Shown here: piece after piece, positions 19,201 to 27,082 of the stretch | Layout of the letters: each line of letters starts with the position of its first letter | How positions within the stretch are numbered: the first letter of the stretch is position 1 | IMG/VR virus record: IMGVR_UViG_3300042567_001401 | Span: 1-59,636 of that record | Reading direction: 5' to 3' (one strand) | Origin: a virus | Taxonomy: Duplodnaviria; Caudoviricetes | DNA length: 59,636 nt | Position numbers and translations under genes: made by a program | Notes under the pieces: generated by a model | Told to the model about the DNA's origin: nothing | Databases searched by the model: none | The model's input: the letters and a program-made list of their open reading frames with translations, nothing else

Positions 19201-20456
19201 CAGTGATTGATGCACTTGGTTTCGTATTCCAAAAAGTATGGGATGGCATCACAGCTGGCTGGGATTTAATCAAGCCAGTATTTGATTGGATTTTGGATAT
19301 TATTGTTAACTTTATCAAGATGCAAGTTGAAGGTCTAACAGTTATTTTTGGTTTCCTTTGGGACAAAATTACAGCTGGCTGGGATTTGGTTGGACCAATT
19401 TTTGGTTTGATAGTAGACATTATTCAAAATGGAATCAAGGGTGCAATTGATATTGTAATGTTTTTATGGGATAACTTCTGGAATGGAATAAAGATCTCAT
19501 GGAGCTTCCTCAAGCCAATATTTGATTTGATTGTTGACGCAATTAAGTCTGGCATTGGATTTGCAATTGATCTAGTAAAGAAAGGCTGGGACATTTTTGT
19601 TGCAGTATTGAAGAATACTAAAGACTTAATTGTTGGCATTGTCCAAACGATTGGTAATTTCATTAGAGATGGAATTCAGTTTGCAATTGAAAAAGTAATC
19701 AGCGTATGGAACGGTTTGAAAGATGCGTTTAGTTCCGTGTGGGGCTTCATCCAACCAATTATCTCTAATATTGGAAATGCGATCAAGAATGTAATCGGTG
19801 GAGCTATTGACTTTATTTCAGCGGCAATATCAGCGATCCCACAAGCGTTTAAACTGGTTGTTAACAGTATAGGTGGATTGTTCAACAGAGCCGTTGATAT
19901 ACTCGGTGGATTTGCATTTCCGAAAACAATTTTGGGAGTCCCACTTCCTTTCATCGGAGGCAAGAAGGTAAGTGACTTTATTCCTCTTCCAAAAATTCCT
20001 CCTCTTTACAATGGTGGAAAAGTTGGAATGTACATGAAGGGTGGGATGGCATACGGAACTGGCGGCATGACTTATGGTCCTGCTCAGCAAGGTATCCCAG
20101 CGGTTCTTCATGGTGGTGAGTATGTAATCAACCATAAGGCTGTGCAGAGAATTGGCACAGACGCACTGGACAGACTCAATAGCCTTAGACTCTCCAAGCC
20201 TAACTTGCCAACAATGCCATCTGTTCCAAGTATTAAGATGCCTAACGCTGGTATGAATGTTTCGTCAGCTGGTCAAGCCAGCAGTTCTTCAACACAAAAT
20301 GTAAACATCTATGTTGACAATTTCATCGGTGAGCCAGAATGGTTTAATTCAATGATGAAGGGCTACAACACCACGGTTCTTCCAAGGAACCAAAAGGCAG
20401 CTGGTCTTGAAAGTCGTGTAATAAACACATATAATGGATTGAACAGAGGTCTGTAA
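7227..20456 (+). CDS. tape measure protein, 4409 aa
   Basis: Follows the TAC; N-terminal TMP domain (LADAFPEVSAAATTFGLSMTETAAML), periodic W/F amphipathic repeats and TM segments, C-terminal GG..YG..GG...PAVLHGGEYVI...LDRLN motif. Confidence 0.93.
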   Translation: MSDTGDSTTRIGIDASVTGAESVAGLTTNVVALSQQLVNLSQSATRSFSIQDSLNKALDRTRLSTGLVHNALAEYRKSQVLTNRVVEQATQQLNALSAAQARVAASGKTMSPALSASYRQANSHLTSVVSSADALNRVLKTNAIEKFGQKLQASGQIAQRTSYYFAAATAPLLMSLRSAFFSYARLDQETRRLTKLIADEFGTGAEAIEKASDKVRILGYELDKITAKYGTSRVLVQSLAGDFAELGVPDTAIVRLTEFTAAVEKLGNLDITQSQNFIQSIYQNILRVRRDMAAAEGYSLDLSSPKMMGQILSEVQGQLALFNMVENKTTLSLKDLADAFPEVSAAATTFGLSMTETAAMLAPMVAAGFQVGASANSIKVSLQRMVAMTKQNTQIIQGLNQALGDDFNYAAGVGMENIQQLVDGFNNLLSIKGEQGTLEFFARLFGVRQGPRMETSIRQLAVFQKALDNTSTAEGKIAAQLESSINARLTAHGYEAVSVKKIVDLANVHRQATQEVNGEYTIQARLVQQGQKDADAALRGAYTDTADYLSKVGTEAGKIFFTEAVGGVAAASIQMEQELGLAVDSVAVKFNKLKEAMLQIGRALAPIVDKVIGAILPVIQGIGDFLKKLSPFTQKIIGFLAFTLILIPQIRLLAATFKMAFGGIIGSLGKMLNAADGLGATLKGVRATSVSLAQILENPNITKGYNKLTQMTDGQFLLQQDKNAPGYSNKFLGRRKMRPTDLSGVSQPVKELFENKGVVGPTDKTSIKTLLGKSTKLGLPNTDELIRSMLTDMGTIPEKIAESTAKATEKAATSTADKITKGLKGSIFQNNTFIGNKFGGGTSGPGGTGTGPRTPKTPATGGTPTVPRTAVPMSATPSAPAAPSRYLTDPRFDQASTRKISIPSAKNVAKAATIGAPIAASVERVAAEAKAQLDALGVTVQEEVAKATEVVKEATKPKGKSPRGSPKKVKTTVEKAVGEAVSAATAPVAEAVEAVTEASTETPKKVEKAVKEVKNKAAAPKGGARKVKAKVEKVVSEAVVAAVAPIEETVSSVAQAATETPKKVEKAVKGVKSKATTPKGGAKKAAKSVKKITEQAVAAVESTVAGVAEVVDNSAAAQAAVEKATSQVGKATKVASKVAKAPTGQAAVVKLSYKEIAKFFDDAGQTIPAEYEFIRTTNKEVELTKRAKNQFFQNLTKQFEKGTASPLGSLSRSRGKPIYKLFDKQVDAQKDAYKSLVDELLLDRRSLEQSAKVRDQISATMSQMLQKGDGTPGVKPSGVSKSARKRIAAETKRAQEAVVAMNAVEALKLDAMPGVTPPPGVEEVYTTRPKAEIAAIEEKLAEAKANLEVAKKGSTDVANQLVDGYNKEIADLKEELVLARSAINEKIIPASPATSQLLNAQNDLMRNEAPLQNLTSGRTPGGVGIGPDNPVRYANTFSDRVGNMPRVVSGPKSVYNPVVLNPDIRAKILHDLEIEKLSQKLIDSTDANIARDLKSHMVDLEDQFEGKPKAALKKAAARQMAENMGVDLTKYLPTSDQFDPAAEAAILKNKKVVDGVTSFYKGIENGGDELVAELASMKTDVSPAKISAREKLAKAFAKQREALIPSDSGGRTAQPIRKIISGGMGKAKAGVVTVGKLIEDSINETVNALPASISDAKRQLIRATAIAVASSQPGAAVGEALQGGLKLVDQELTASQAKVVKGRLDLMRKQVLDLMGKDVAGFKTATITDSKGKITKFVSDAKSKAGVLLNKLAKGTALSVSDLGKAVEGVFVDSMGAASYAVTQVEKTKKGFRGFQFKDLNARVREVLDARVAAGTKAQASAANVGSGTAVGNRAAERQAAKEAQKVAQQKSKEEADQIVRDIQARKAGTAAAEVKKEATVAETAATKVETESKVKNTTATEVEAAAKTEATVVEKAETASTTKLTGAKEVLTGATAKGVTAATVDEQITKALGKAKVAQIAKLESQIATMTAEQLASANGVKVQAAQKDLKTKLNTLVKAQTEAAAAQANAEELGRASTSRLKTAKEKLASATQNAKIATEKLAKAVVAASTDVAAVAPALTGAASSAASGAGAGSAGTPKAPRTPRPRTPAAAIPASASGGSAIVKAIEKQTLQFDSSLANFFKGPNFFQGPNIFQGKLISADKLNLKIKDSAKVAKDAAKALPATDPLVVKAKARQNYKTLKDRIESRTGVPLSDERLDRLKRLTGVKTPTSIPAVMEDARADRAATRAADIRARVLSSVAASRAATASSGAKAAFKDMDMSSLDKVKSKLSSFNKMITGSIAGGFNKGFSLAGNGLTRFAQLYVKTMLSTVASGTDMSMKVAKSMTYLLSGGRKIIDETGLLGRAFKTLAVINRMSMNSIKTSAVETAFVMRALGTVVKSEVAPAFSTMIASLRNSKIIKAWTFLLFTGMNKVTGALRAASAAAGLFTSHTTRMKAVGVALDAVAKKRVAAGLAETIPLFQRLIIQASAYTGVGRGLRAMFASVTKTMFSALTMAIKLKFAMLLIAPVFILIAGFIMSMKSGLVKNNAAIENFRNAWVAIREAIITLSKPLMEMIGKFGGLGKASNGANAVSGALHTLSRLVKYVADAFSRFAKGPGMRYMQEVIVPVLTRMINRFILLGRTIAGVFRGDASAIKNFKGLLLSLAYEAFNSLQKLFGFLANLLPKLGPLLSSMIEAVLNATIDAFMYIMNFGKEVALFFGSMMIGIGGVLALFTGPMGAGVAAMGAGLIAAAGAAHLLDKNIGRVKSGVKGISTTIGTSIAQGLGSAAGFIEENIFGKIKKAVARKYGEEIGADVNAALASQLSDPADVKKALNDTLGGAGKNAPGAKAAGESLGEAIAKGIKDKLISMKEDWTGSFFGKADDQIGKITENYKEAIDKQKEEAMKAFDTQISAIEALGKAEEELTAKMDYEEKRREMIRSRSLDKENYLRERKIAKYEGRTEDVRSLDLSFRKSDQAAGKDITNLDTERAKTLQEQQRSIAIAVINREKDVMAKSFDEMQKQFDINLEKILNKGFSTKEEFSALLGEIGGAVQGFSGEINKTFEAAMTSLPSIIRNSTDPSVGMFSMTMQKLVDQAKMSFGADIRTGDASSILGSAYAMANGMPDAFKQAFSEGVISESVTPFITKISTIMGGLNVDAIWIEAGRSATEAMIGEMKRKLRALKGDLYDEFKTLFAGMGAEYNKLFPELEDLAKKIARIEAIRSQSGGGGGDSGSKGGGSGYDSLGKEVISVKYGEHLARKPVEDISSAMDPKSFSFFGMLIDGAKNLAKALGPVKTAILGAVGVIAGFMMLKGLFVIITGAFETLMLAAMYAVQPIGVALAGVSAVGLAIAAAVGVVIGVIVYMYIKFKWFRDMVNDTFKSVIDFFVTGFQMLKEPVSGFLSAVFDGVKQILSSLFGPIIDFGKKVVMGIVGAIAGVVVVIVGALRGITMVFDFIKVPLFKFIGFIIDMASGIVSVLADIISGAIDFIYKIIGALFTVGIGGPIKLIIEAFKLAFDIIVGIVTIAIDLIVKAFDFLKGPLSGPFEVGFEIIKGVFDKIKDIVSGVIDFIKNLFGGFDFGDISGPIITPFKVSFEFVRDVFGKIFDIVKGVFEKIISFIAPVGVTITNILLAPFKLLFDVFKAIANNPIVVFFARLVALLGLVAAIAATWTIKIVLESTWFVIKKVVGALIDLGKFIVGGLVDAFNIIKDVAIKAWDFIYEKVKGFIDWWHENIGSLWLIFVAAFAIIYEAAKFIFNWMKDTFGPVLAKVWDAFKEAVDVVFELLKTFGSWIGSVFTAAWEGIKTVASAIWGVISDAVNIAWDVLKQVASWIGTVLSKAWDIAGVVGKKAFEILGGAINLVWEIIKNGWSVVRVIFEKIIDVLQNPLAAAWGFIKGAVELVWGTITEMVDAVLPLLETIGNVVRGVVSGAWDILSKSISKVWDIIKFGWDMTKPVFDGFWSIIWRVIGPAVTVLGKIFSSFWDGIKAAWGFVKPIFDAMVEIISNVLSPVIDALGFVFQKVWDGITAGWDLIKPVFDWILDIIVNFIKMQVEGLTVIFGFLWDKITAGWDLVGPIFGLIVDIIQNGIKGAIDIVMFLWDNFWNGIKISWSFLKPIFDLIVDAIKSGIGFAIDLVKKGWDIFVAVLKNTKDLIVGIVQTIGNFIRDGIQFAIEKVISVWNGLKDAFSSVWGFIQPIISNIGNAIKNVIGGAIDFISAAISAIPQAFKLVVNSIGGLFNRAVDILGGFAFPKTILGVPLPFIGGKKVSDFIPLPKIPPLYNGGKVGMYMKGGMAYGTGGMTYGPAQQGIPAVLHGGEYVINHKAVQRIGTDALDRLNSLRLSKPNLPTMPSVPSIKMPNAGMNVSSAGQASSSSTQNVNIYVDNFIGEPEWFNSMMKGYNTTVLPRNQKAAGLESRVINTYNGLNRGL
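10090..10560 (+). repeat. ~174-bp (58-aa) degenerate tandem repeat within the TMP, about 3 copies
   Basis: ETPKKVEKAVK.VK.KA..PKGGA starts at 10227 and 10401; a third, degenerate unit (SPRGSPKKVKTTVEKAV) precedes them. Confidence 0.8.
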
Positions 20457-20851
20457 TGTCTATATCCAATCTGATGACTATAAACGGAACAGAAGTCACT
20501 GAACATAATAGAAAGTTCAGTATGTCTGAACAAATTTCGGCTAATGAGGTTGACCTCGCCTCTGGTCATAGAAGAAGATATTACACTACAAACAAGAAAC
20601 AATTCTCCTTGTCTTGGTCGTATCTTCCAGATCTAGTTGCTAAAACTGTTGATAATAGAAGCGCTAGAAATTTCTTGTTTGGTATTGTGAATACAAGTGC
20701 TTTTGCAACGGTTGGGATTGAACTAGAGCCAGGAGCTGGCTTTACGGAGTATGATTGCTATGTTGATTCATATAGCGAGTCTCTAATTAGAAGAGACTTA
20801 ACAACTGGCTGTACTTATTACGATGTCTCTTTGACATTGACGGAAAGATAG
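20456..20851 (+). CDS. distal tail (Dit-like) minor tail protein
   Basis: Immediately after the TMP; KKQFSLSWSYLP...YDVSLTLTE pattern. Confidence 0.7.
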   Translation: MSISNLMTINGTEVTEHNRKFSMSEQISANEVDLASGHRRRYYTTNKKQFSLSWSYLPDLVAKTVDNRSARNFLFGIVNTSAFATVGIELEPGAGFTEYDCYVDSYSESLIRRDLTTGCTYYDVSLTLTER

Positions 20852-20852
20852 T

Positions 20853-21920
20853 ATGACCAGCAGTTGGTTTAGCTTCTCCGAGCCCCTCAATAGTGGTATT
20901 GATTTTTATTTAGCAGATGACAATGATGTAGTAGTAGATTTAAGCTCATCTGCAAGTTTAACAGTTGATTCTTATAGAATAATTCATGGCGATATTGTAC
21001 TTTCAGTCCAGGCTGATTCTAGCGTTAGTGCACATAAGATTGTTTTTGCAGATGTTGTGCTCTCTGGTCTATCAGTAACTGCTACTGTAGCTACAGAAAG
21101 ACAAGATGCACTAGTCACCGTTTCTGCCAACACAACTGTTGCTGTAACAATGATGAAGTTTTCGTATTCGGAATCTTCTCAAAGTGCTTCTGTAGATGTT
21201 GCTCAAACAGTTACGAGAATTGCAGAGTCTGCTGTGTCATTGTCGTCATCTGCAGACATTACCGCTGCTTCTGTAAAGTTTGCAAACTCAGCTGCAGTGG
21301 TTTCAGCTTCTGCATCACTAACTAGCGTTGGGACTAAAATTTCACAAGCAATTTCTGCATTGTCATCATCATTGCAATTGACTGTTGCTGGTAAAATATC
21401 TCTTGCAACAATACAAATTGTTCTTCAAGAAGTAGGTGCTCTGGCTATCCAAACACCAATTGTCTTTGCACAAAATGTTGCTAGCGGTATTGACGCAAGT
21501 ATTTACAGGACACTTGTTTTGCTTGATGGAAAACCATTGACGATTCATAATAGAAAGCTTGATATGGGCGTAGATCAGATATTCACAGAAACTGTTAATT
21601 GGAATAACAGAAAAACAAGATATTACAAATCAAGTTCAAGGGCTGGTAGGCGTACATTTAGCATGTCTTGGTCATGGCTGCCGAATTCAATAAATTACAC
21701 AGTTGACGGTAATAGTGGTCGTGATTTTATAAAGAGGGTAGCTGAAGACCCAAGGCATCATGTCCTTAAGATAATTAATATGGATGAGACTGGAACAACG
21801 CCGTACTCAGAAACAAGTTATAATGTATTAGTGAAAGATTATAGTGAAACATTGATTAGAAGAGATATCCCAAATGATGTCTACTTCTGGGATTGCTCTA
21901 TGAGCCTGGAAGAGGTGTAA
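20853..21920 (+). CDS. minor tail protein: Ser/Ala/Val-rich repeat region plus Dit-like C-terminal domain
   Basis: C-terminal ~135 aa aligns with 20456..20851 (HNRK, RYY, FS.SWS.LP, TVD, YSE.LIRRD). Confidence 0.7.
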   Translation: MTSSWFSFSEPLNSGIDFYLADDNDVVVDLSSSASLTVDSYRIIHGDIVLSVQADSSVSAHKIVFADVVLSGLSVTATVATERQDALVTVSANTTVAVTMMKFSYSESSQSASVDVAQTVTRIAESAVSLSSSADITAASVKFANSAAVVSASASLTSVGTKISQAISALSSSLQLTVAGKISLATIQIVLQEVGALAIQTPIVFAQNVASGIDASIYRTLVLLDGKPLTIHNRKLDMGVDQIFTETVNWNNRKTRYYKSSSRAGRRTFSMSWSWLPNSINYTVDGNSGRDFIKRVAEDPRHHVLKIINMDETGTTPYSETSYNVLVKDYSETLIRRDIPNDVYFWDCSMSLEEV

Positions 21921-24900
21921 ATGCTTCAATACGGGTTGTACGATAAAGAAATATCAAGCTCATTCAATGCGGCTATAGATGACATATCTCAGAGTGTAAA
22001 ACCATTAGTTATGGTTGATTGGCTTGACAGTAGGCATGTTGATAAGTTTTCAAATACTGAAATTGCCAGCAGTAATGACACATGCACCCAGAAATCTGAA
22101 GCAGCAATCAATTTGAATGTTACGGGGATGCTGTCAAACGGAAGAACGCTCTCTGCTAATGAAAACCTTTTTAACAGATCAAGAGGCAGGGATTTCTATT
22201 TTACTCCAAATGAGTCAATTAATGGTATAGAACGCCAAGCATTTACATGGGCAGTGTGTGATGCAAAAGATGTTAACGGTAAAACAATTACGGCTAATGG
22301 TCAATGGCATTGTCTCCCTTCCACTAAAGATGAAAATTATGAATTCGGGTATGAGTCTGCAACGAAAAGCACTGGTACTCTCCATTCAACACTAAATGGG
22401 TACGAGCTTACATCCGCAGTATTGCTGACATATGTGTTTACACAAAGAAAAGTAAATTTAATTAAAGTTGTTACATCGGAATATAATGGTCAAATTAAAG
22501 CTTATAATGTTAAAGCTTATAACAATACATCTAATTTAGTATACAATCAAGATGCGGAAATACCAGATGACAATTATTTTTTTGAACATTATCTTGATGG
22601 TATTACATCAAATGATATCAATAAAATTATATTAACAGTATATACAACAAAAAATCCATACGATTATGTAAGAATAAATGAGATGTCTCCTATCTATAGA
22701 CTAGACATGACTGATTATGTTATGAACTTTAATGTTTCAAAAGTAAGGGATGTGCACGAGACAAGTCTCCCTATCGCTGGTAGCGGCAGCAATACATCTT
22801 CAATAACATTTGATAATGCTTTAAAAGATTTTAACCTGTTCAATTCGGCTTCCGCTTTTGGCAAATATATGAAGAAAGATATTCGTTTTAATATCTATGC
22901 TGGCTGGGAGATTCATCGTGCGGATGGCATCTATGTTGATGCTCTTCTGAACGCCAATGTCACATCTTCAAGCACAACATGGAATGTTAACAGCGTTAAC
23001 GACTTTCCAGACGGTGGTGCTGGAAATTACTACCTACTTACCGTGGAGCCGAATACTGTAAATAAAGAAATAGTTATTGCAACAAAAGGGACTGGCAATA
23101 CATTTACAATAATTCAGCGTGGAGTTGGCGGGACTGCTGCTCGTGCCCACAGCTCTGGGTCTGTTGTAAGATTTGATATTTACGAATATGTTCCCTTCGG
23201 AGTCTTCTATGTTGATGAATGGCAGGGTTCTTCATCAAGCATGACAGTTAGTGCGAATCTAACAGATAGAAGTAAATTTGGTCAAGAAAAAATGTTGACA
23301 AAAGGTTTCTTATTGCAAGACTCAACAGTTGCAGAAGCCGTTGAGCATTTGCTATTAATGACCAACTTTCCAAAATCTGACATTCAGTATTTGTTAAATC
23401 CAGCAAAAACTTATAAGAAAAATAATGCTATTTTACATTACGGGTTTGATGAGAACAGTATAGATAGAGCTAATTCACAAAAGGTTGTATCAACCTCCTT
23501 AAGAGCCAGGCTTGTTCAAGTCCCAGAGGGTGACTTAAATTCAGTTCGTGATATAAAACTTGACGCTAACGATAGAGAGTTGAACACATATGAAAAAGCT
23601 CTAGATGTAAAAGCTTACATATCGCCATCGTTAACAACCACATCAGCGGCGATTTCTACAAGCAATTCTCTAGCCCTTGATTTTACCAGTGGGCAATTTA
23701 CAAATAAAGATGGCGATGTTGTTAATGAATATTTTAATGGTGTGTTTGATGGGTATTATGTTCCATCTGCTACTGGAACATATTCTTTTGTAATTGGCAT
23801 TAATAAAGGCGGATTCCGTGTTTATCTGAATAAGGTAAGAATCATTGACGAATGGAGAATTATTGATTCTGGGACTAGCTCGCAGGAATATTTTTTTTCT
23901 GATGAGTATGTCTTGACAGCTGGCAACCCATATGAATTAAGGATTGAGTTCTTTACAGAGCAATTTGTAAGCGGCGAACAATTTAAAATATCCTTAGGGA
24001 GGGAATACAATGGCACTCAAGATTCAATCTATGCAAGTGAATGTTACACAATGGTTGCTAGCGATAGGATTGGAAACAAGAATGATTATTCTTATTTGAC
24101 TTTTGCATCAAATTCATGGACACAAACTGCGGGTGTTAACTTGATTGAAAGGTCGGCTAGAAGAAATGATGCTATCTATAGAGGCTCAGTTGCCATATCT
24201 CAGACAAGCGGCGTTGTGTCTGATAGCGCAAGCAAGAGCGTCTTGCTCGCTTCAAATTCTTACTTAAGAACGCCATATCACATATCTTATGATGTGTTTA
24301 ACACATCATCAAATTCCTATACTGGTGAATTTAGTATTCAGATTTATGCAAAATTTCATAACGGATCTTTTTCTAGTGATGGCGAGTATATTAGTAATTG
24401 GAGTAATTCAACTTCTAATGCTGGTTTTGAATTTTTTAATAATTCATCATCTAATGGCTTTAAATTTAAAACAAGCACTGGAACGCAAACAATAAGTAGC
24501 AACTCTGCTCTTTCAAGTTCGGTGTATAATCATATTGCGGTTACATACAAGAGTAATTCTGTTAAATATTATATAAATGGCGCTTTAGCCAATACTGTTA
24601 CTACATCTGGAACCCTTGTTGCTTTTACTGGAAAGAGCTTAACTTTTGGGGGTAGAGGTGCTGGGTTTACATCAGGTTCAGAAGTAGCGCCAGCAGCAAT
24701 TAGAAGTTTCTTTATTGATGAATTTGCGGTGTTTAACAAATGCTTGTCCAGCCAGCAAATTACAAATGACTATATTGAAACACAAATGAAGGAAGCAAGA
24801 GTAATGCCTTTTATTTATGGTAACGATGCTTCGGTCCAGGAGATTATTGACAATATAAGCCTTGCTGATTTCGGAAGACTGTATGTAGACGAAAACAATA

Positions 24901-25916
24901 ATGCTCGGTATGAGCATTTTAATAGATTCTTTGAGTCATCAATAGACCAGCATGCGAATGTGCAATATCAGCTTTCTGATTCTTCAAATATTATTGACGC
25001 AAGTTATAATGTTCAATTACAGGCTAACAAGATAGTTATAAAAGTAAATGGGGTTGCGAATAATTTAATTGAAAAACAAAGCCTATGGCGTGCTGAAGAT
25101 CCAACAACTCTGGGAGTTACTAAGCTATCGTTGTCTATGGCGAATAACGATGTAAGTATGAATGTTTTATCAACTGATAATCCTTATTTTGCTAAATCTG
25201 GTTATCTAAAAATTGATAATGAGATTATTAAATATAGCAACACTACGAGTAACTCATTCTTAACACTAGAGAGGGCTCAATTTGATACATTTGCCGCATC
25301 TCATAATGCAAACACATTGGTGAGGGAAGTAAAGAACTATGACCTGTTGTTTGATAAAGCCCCAGCATTTAAGATAGAAAACCCTTTGATTACAAATATG
25401 TCCACTGTAAATCCAGCAATGATTGAGTTAGTTAAGTATAACCCAACTCCGTATGGCGCTAAGTTGATATTAGCAGCATCTAACAATACTACTAATGGAG
25501 ATATTGTTTATGTTGAAGGTGAGAACCCATTGTCTGGGGAGAAACATTTTGCTGGTATTGCTGGTATCCCAGTGATTGTAACCGATAGGACTGGTGATGT
25601 TAAAGAACAGAAAGCTGTCCTTGATGATAATGTGAGAAGGTACGGCTTAAAAGAAATTGTTATAGAAAATGAATTCATTACAGACCTTTCACACGCACAG
25701 AGTTTGGCTGATTTTATTATCTCTAAAATGTCAGATCCAGTTCCAGTTCTTAATCTAAATATATTACCAATTCCAAAATTACAATTAGGTGATAGAATTA
25801 GAATATCTACGATGGATTCTTTTGATATAATCAATGGTGACTATTGGTTGATAAGCACTGATTTTGCATATGGACAAACCTTAACGCAATCAATTGTTAT
25901 AAGGAAGGTTGTTTAA
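21921..25916 (+). CDS. tail hub/baseplate protein with PA14-like and LamG-like domains
   Basis: FDGYYVPSATGTYSF...GFRVYLN...LTAGNPYELRIEF (PA14); YNHIAVTY...YYING...IDEFAVFNKCLS (LamG); C-terminal PKLQLGDRIRI hub motif. Confidence 0.75.
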   Translation: MLQYGLYDKEISSSFNAAIDDISQSVKPLVMVDWLDSRHVDKFSNTEIASSNDTCTQKSEAAINLNVTGMLSNGRTLSANENLFNRSRGRDFYFTPNESINGIERQAFTWAVCDAKDVNGKTITANGQWHCLPSTKDENYEFGYESATKSTGTLHSTLNGYELTSAVLLTYVFTQRKVNLIKVVTSEYNGQIKAYNVKAYNNTSNLVYNQDAEIPDDNYFFEHYLDGITSNDINKIILTVYTTKNPYDYVRINEMSPIYRLDMTDYVMNFNVSKVRDVHETSLPIAGSGSNTSSITFDNALKDFNLFNSASAFGKYMKKDIRFNIYAGWEIHRADGIYVDALLNANVTSSSTTWNVNSVNDFPDGGAGNYYLLTVEPNTVNKEIVIATKGTGNTFTIIQRGVGGTAARAHSSGSVVRFDIYEYVPFGVFYVDEWQGSSSSMTVSANLTDRSKFGQEKMLTKGFLLQDSTVAEAVEHLLLMTNFPKSDIQYLLNPAKTYKKNNAILHYGFDENSIDRANSQKVVSTSLRARLVQVPEGDLNSVRDIKLDANDRELNTYEKALDVKAYISPSLTTTSAAISTSNSLALDFTSGQFTNKDGDVVNEYFNGVFDGYYVPSATGTYSFVIGINKGGFRVYLNKVRIIDEWRIIDSGTSSQEYFFSDEYVLTAGNPYELRIEFFTEQFVSGEQFKISLGREYNGTQDSIYASECYTMVASDRIGNKNDYSYLTFASNSWTQTAGVNLIERSARRNDAIYRGSVAISQTSGVVSDSASKSVLLASNSYLRTPYHISYDVFNTSSNSYTGEFSIQIYAKFHNGSFSSDGEYISNWSNSTSNAGFEFFNNSSSNGFKFKTSTGTQTISSNSALSSSVYNHIAVTYKSNSVKYYINGALANTVTTSGTLVAFTGKSLTFGGRGAGFTSGSEVAPAAIRSFFIDEFAVFNKCLSSQQITNDYIETQMKEARVMPFIYGNDASVQEIIDNISLADFGRLYVDENNNARYEHFNRFFESSIDQHANVQYQLSDSSNIIDASYNVQLQANKIVIKVNGVANNLIEKQSLWRAEDPTTLGVTKLSLSMANNDVSMNVLSTDNPYFAKSGYLKIDNEIIKYSNTTSNSFLTLERAQFDTFAASHNANTLVREVKNYDLLFDKAPAFKIENPLITNMSTVNPAMIELVKYNPTPYGAKLILAASNNTTNGDIVYVEGENPLSGEKHFAGIAGIPVIVTDRTGDVKEQKAVLDDNVRRYGLKEIVIENEFITDLSHAQSLADFIISKMSDPVPVLNLNILPIPKLQLGDRIRISTMDSFDIINGDYWLISTDFAYGQTLTQSIVIRKVV

Positions 25917-27082
25917 TGTCTTTTAAAAAGGGGATTTCTGAAAACTCTATTATTTTCTTTCAAGGCGGTCATAACCATGACGGTGTATCTTCTGCGTTAA
26001 TTGATACAAATAAATATTCTATATACGACTTTATAGTGGGGAAAACAGGAAGCTCCGCCAGGCAAGCTACGCAGCAAAGAAATTATGACAGTTTAAAAGG
26101 TGTTATATCTAGCATCATAACAACAGACATCCTCGGTCCATCTGGTGTGCGATTGGGACCGAACTCTGTTCAGTCTGTAAACATTTCCGCTGGTGCCGTA
26201 ACAGCAAGTGAACTGGCAGCAAATATTGTATTAGTAAATAATATTATATCAAGTTCAAATTTTGATGGGACTGTAGCGGCTAATGGTGTTATTACAAGTC
26301 AAGGGACATCTGGGTGGGCTATAACTAGTGCTGGCTCTGCTGTCTTCTCAAACACTGCTATTAGAGGTACATTAACTGCTGGTGCTTTGTATATCAATGC
26401 AAACAATCAGTGGAATGCTAATGGTACGATAATTGTAGGAAACCCAGGTGATACCACTCCTGGATTCGCCTTTAGCCCGACTACGGGCTTGGCTGTAACA
26501 GGAAAAGTAACAGCGACATCGGGAAGAATTGCGTCTTTTGATGTTATAGGCTCTACTTTGTACACTGGAGATTCATTTGTTGGGTGGATATCACTTGGTC
26601 CAGTTGATGACGCAGCATATGGTGGAGTTCCTGCTGGAGAAATATTGGTGGCTACCAGAGCCCCTAGTGACAACCATGTTGTTTATGCCAGTATGAGGGG
26701 GGAGAAAATTCTCATTCAAGATGACGATGCTCCTACTCGTTTCACTGAAATCACTAGAGATGGCATCACGGCTTCTGGAACAATATCTGCAGATTCTTTC
26801 ATCGCTCCTTCTGTTGTGTATCCATATTCAGCAAATCAGATTGCATTTTATTGGAGTGGTACTCAAATTTATGCAGTTATTGATGGGCAAACTCAGATAT
26901 GTTTAACACATTGCGGTTCAGCCCCAGCTCCATCTGTTGAGGCTGTTACCCCAACTGTTGAGACCGTTGATCCAGTCAGCCCAGGTGGGGGGTGCCCAAC
27001 TTGCCCAACGCATGTGGAGCCATGTTGCGCTCCAGCGCAATGCTGGTATGATGAAGTCAAGCTTGGTCATTTCTGTGCATAA
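25916..27082 (+). CDS. tail fibre / receptor-binding protein with a Pro/Cys-rich C-terminus
   Basis: GGHNHDGVSS, GWAITSAGSAVFSN.AIRGT and GKVTATSG.I fibre motifs; 8 Cys in the last ~60 aa. Confidence 0.75.
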   Translation: MSFKKGISENSIIFFQGGHNHDGVSSALIDTNKYSIYDFIVGKTGSSARQATQQRNYDSLKGVISSIITTDILGPSGVRLGPNSVQSVNISAGAVTASELAANIVLVNNIISSSNFDGTVAANGVITSQGTSGWAITSAGSAVFSNTAIRGTLTAGALYINANNQWNANGTIIVGNPGDTTPGFAFSPTTGLAVTGKVTATSGRIASFDVIGSTLYTGDSFVGWISLGPVDDAAYGGVPAGEILVATRAPSDNHVVYASMRGEKILIQDDDAPTRFTEITRDGITASGTISADSFIAPSVVYPYSANQIAFYWSGTQIYAVIDGQTQICLTHCGSAPAPSVEAVTPTVETVDPVSPGGGCPTCPTHVEPCCAPAQCWYDEVKLGHFCA

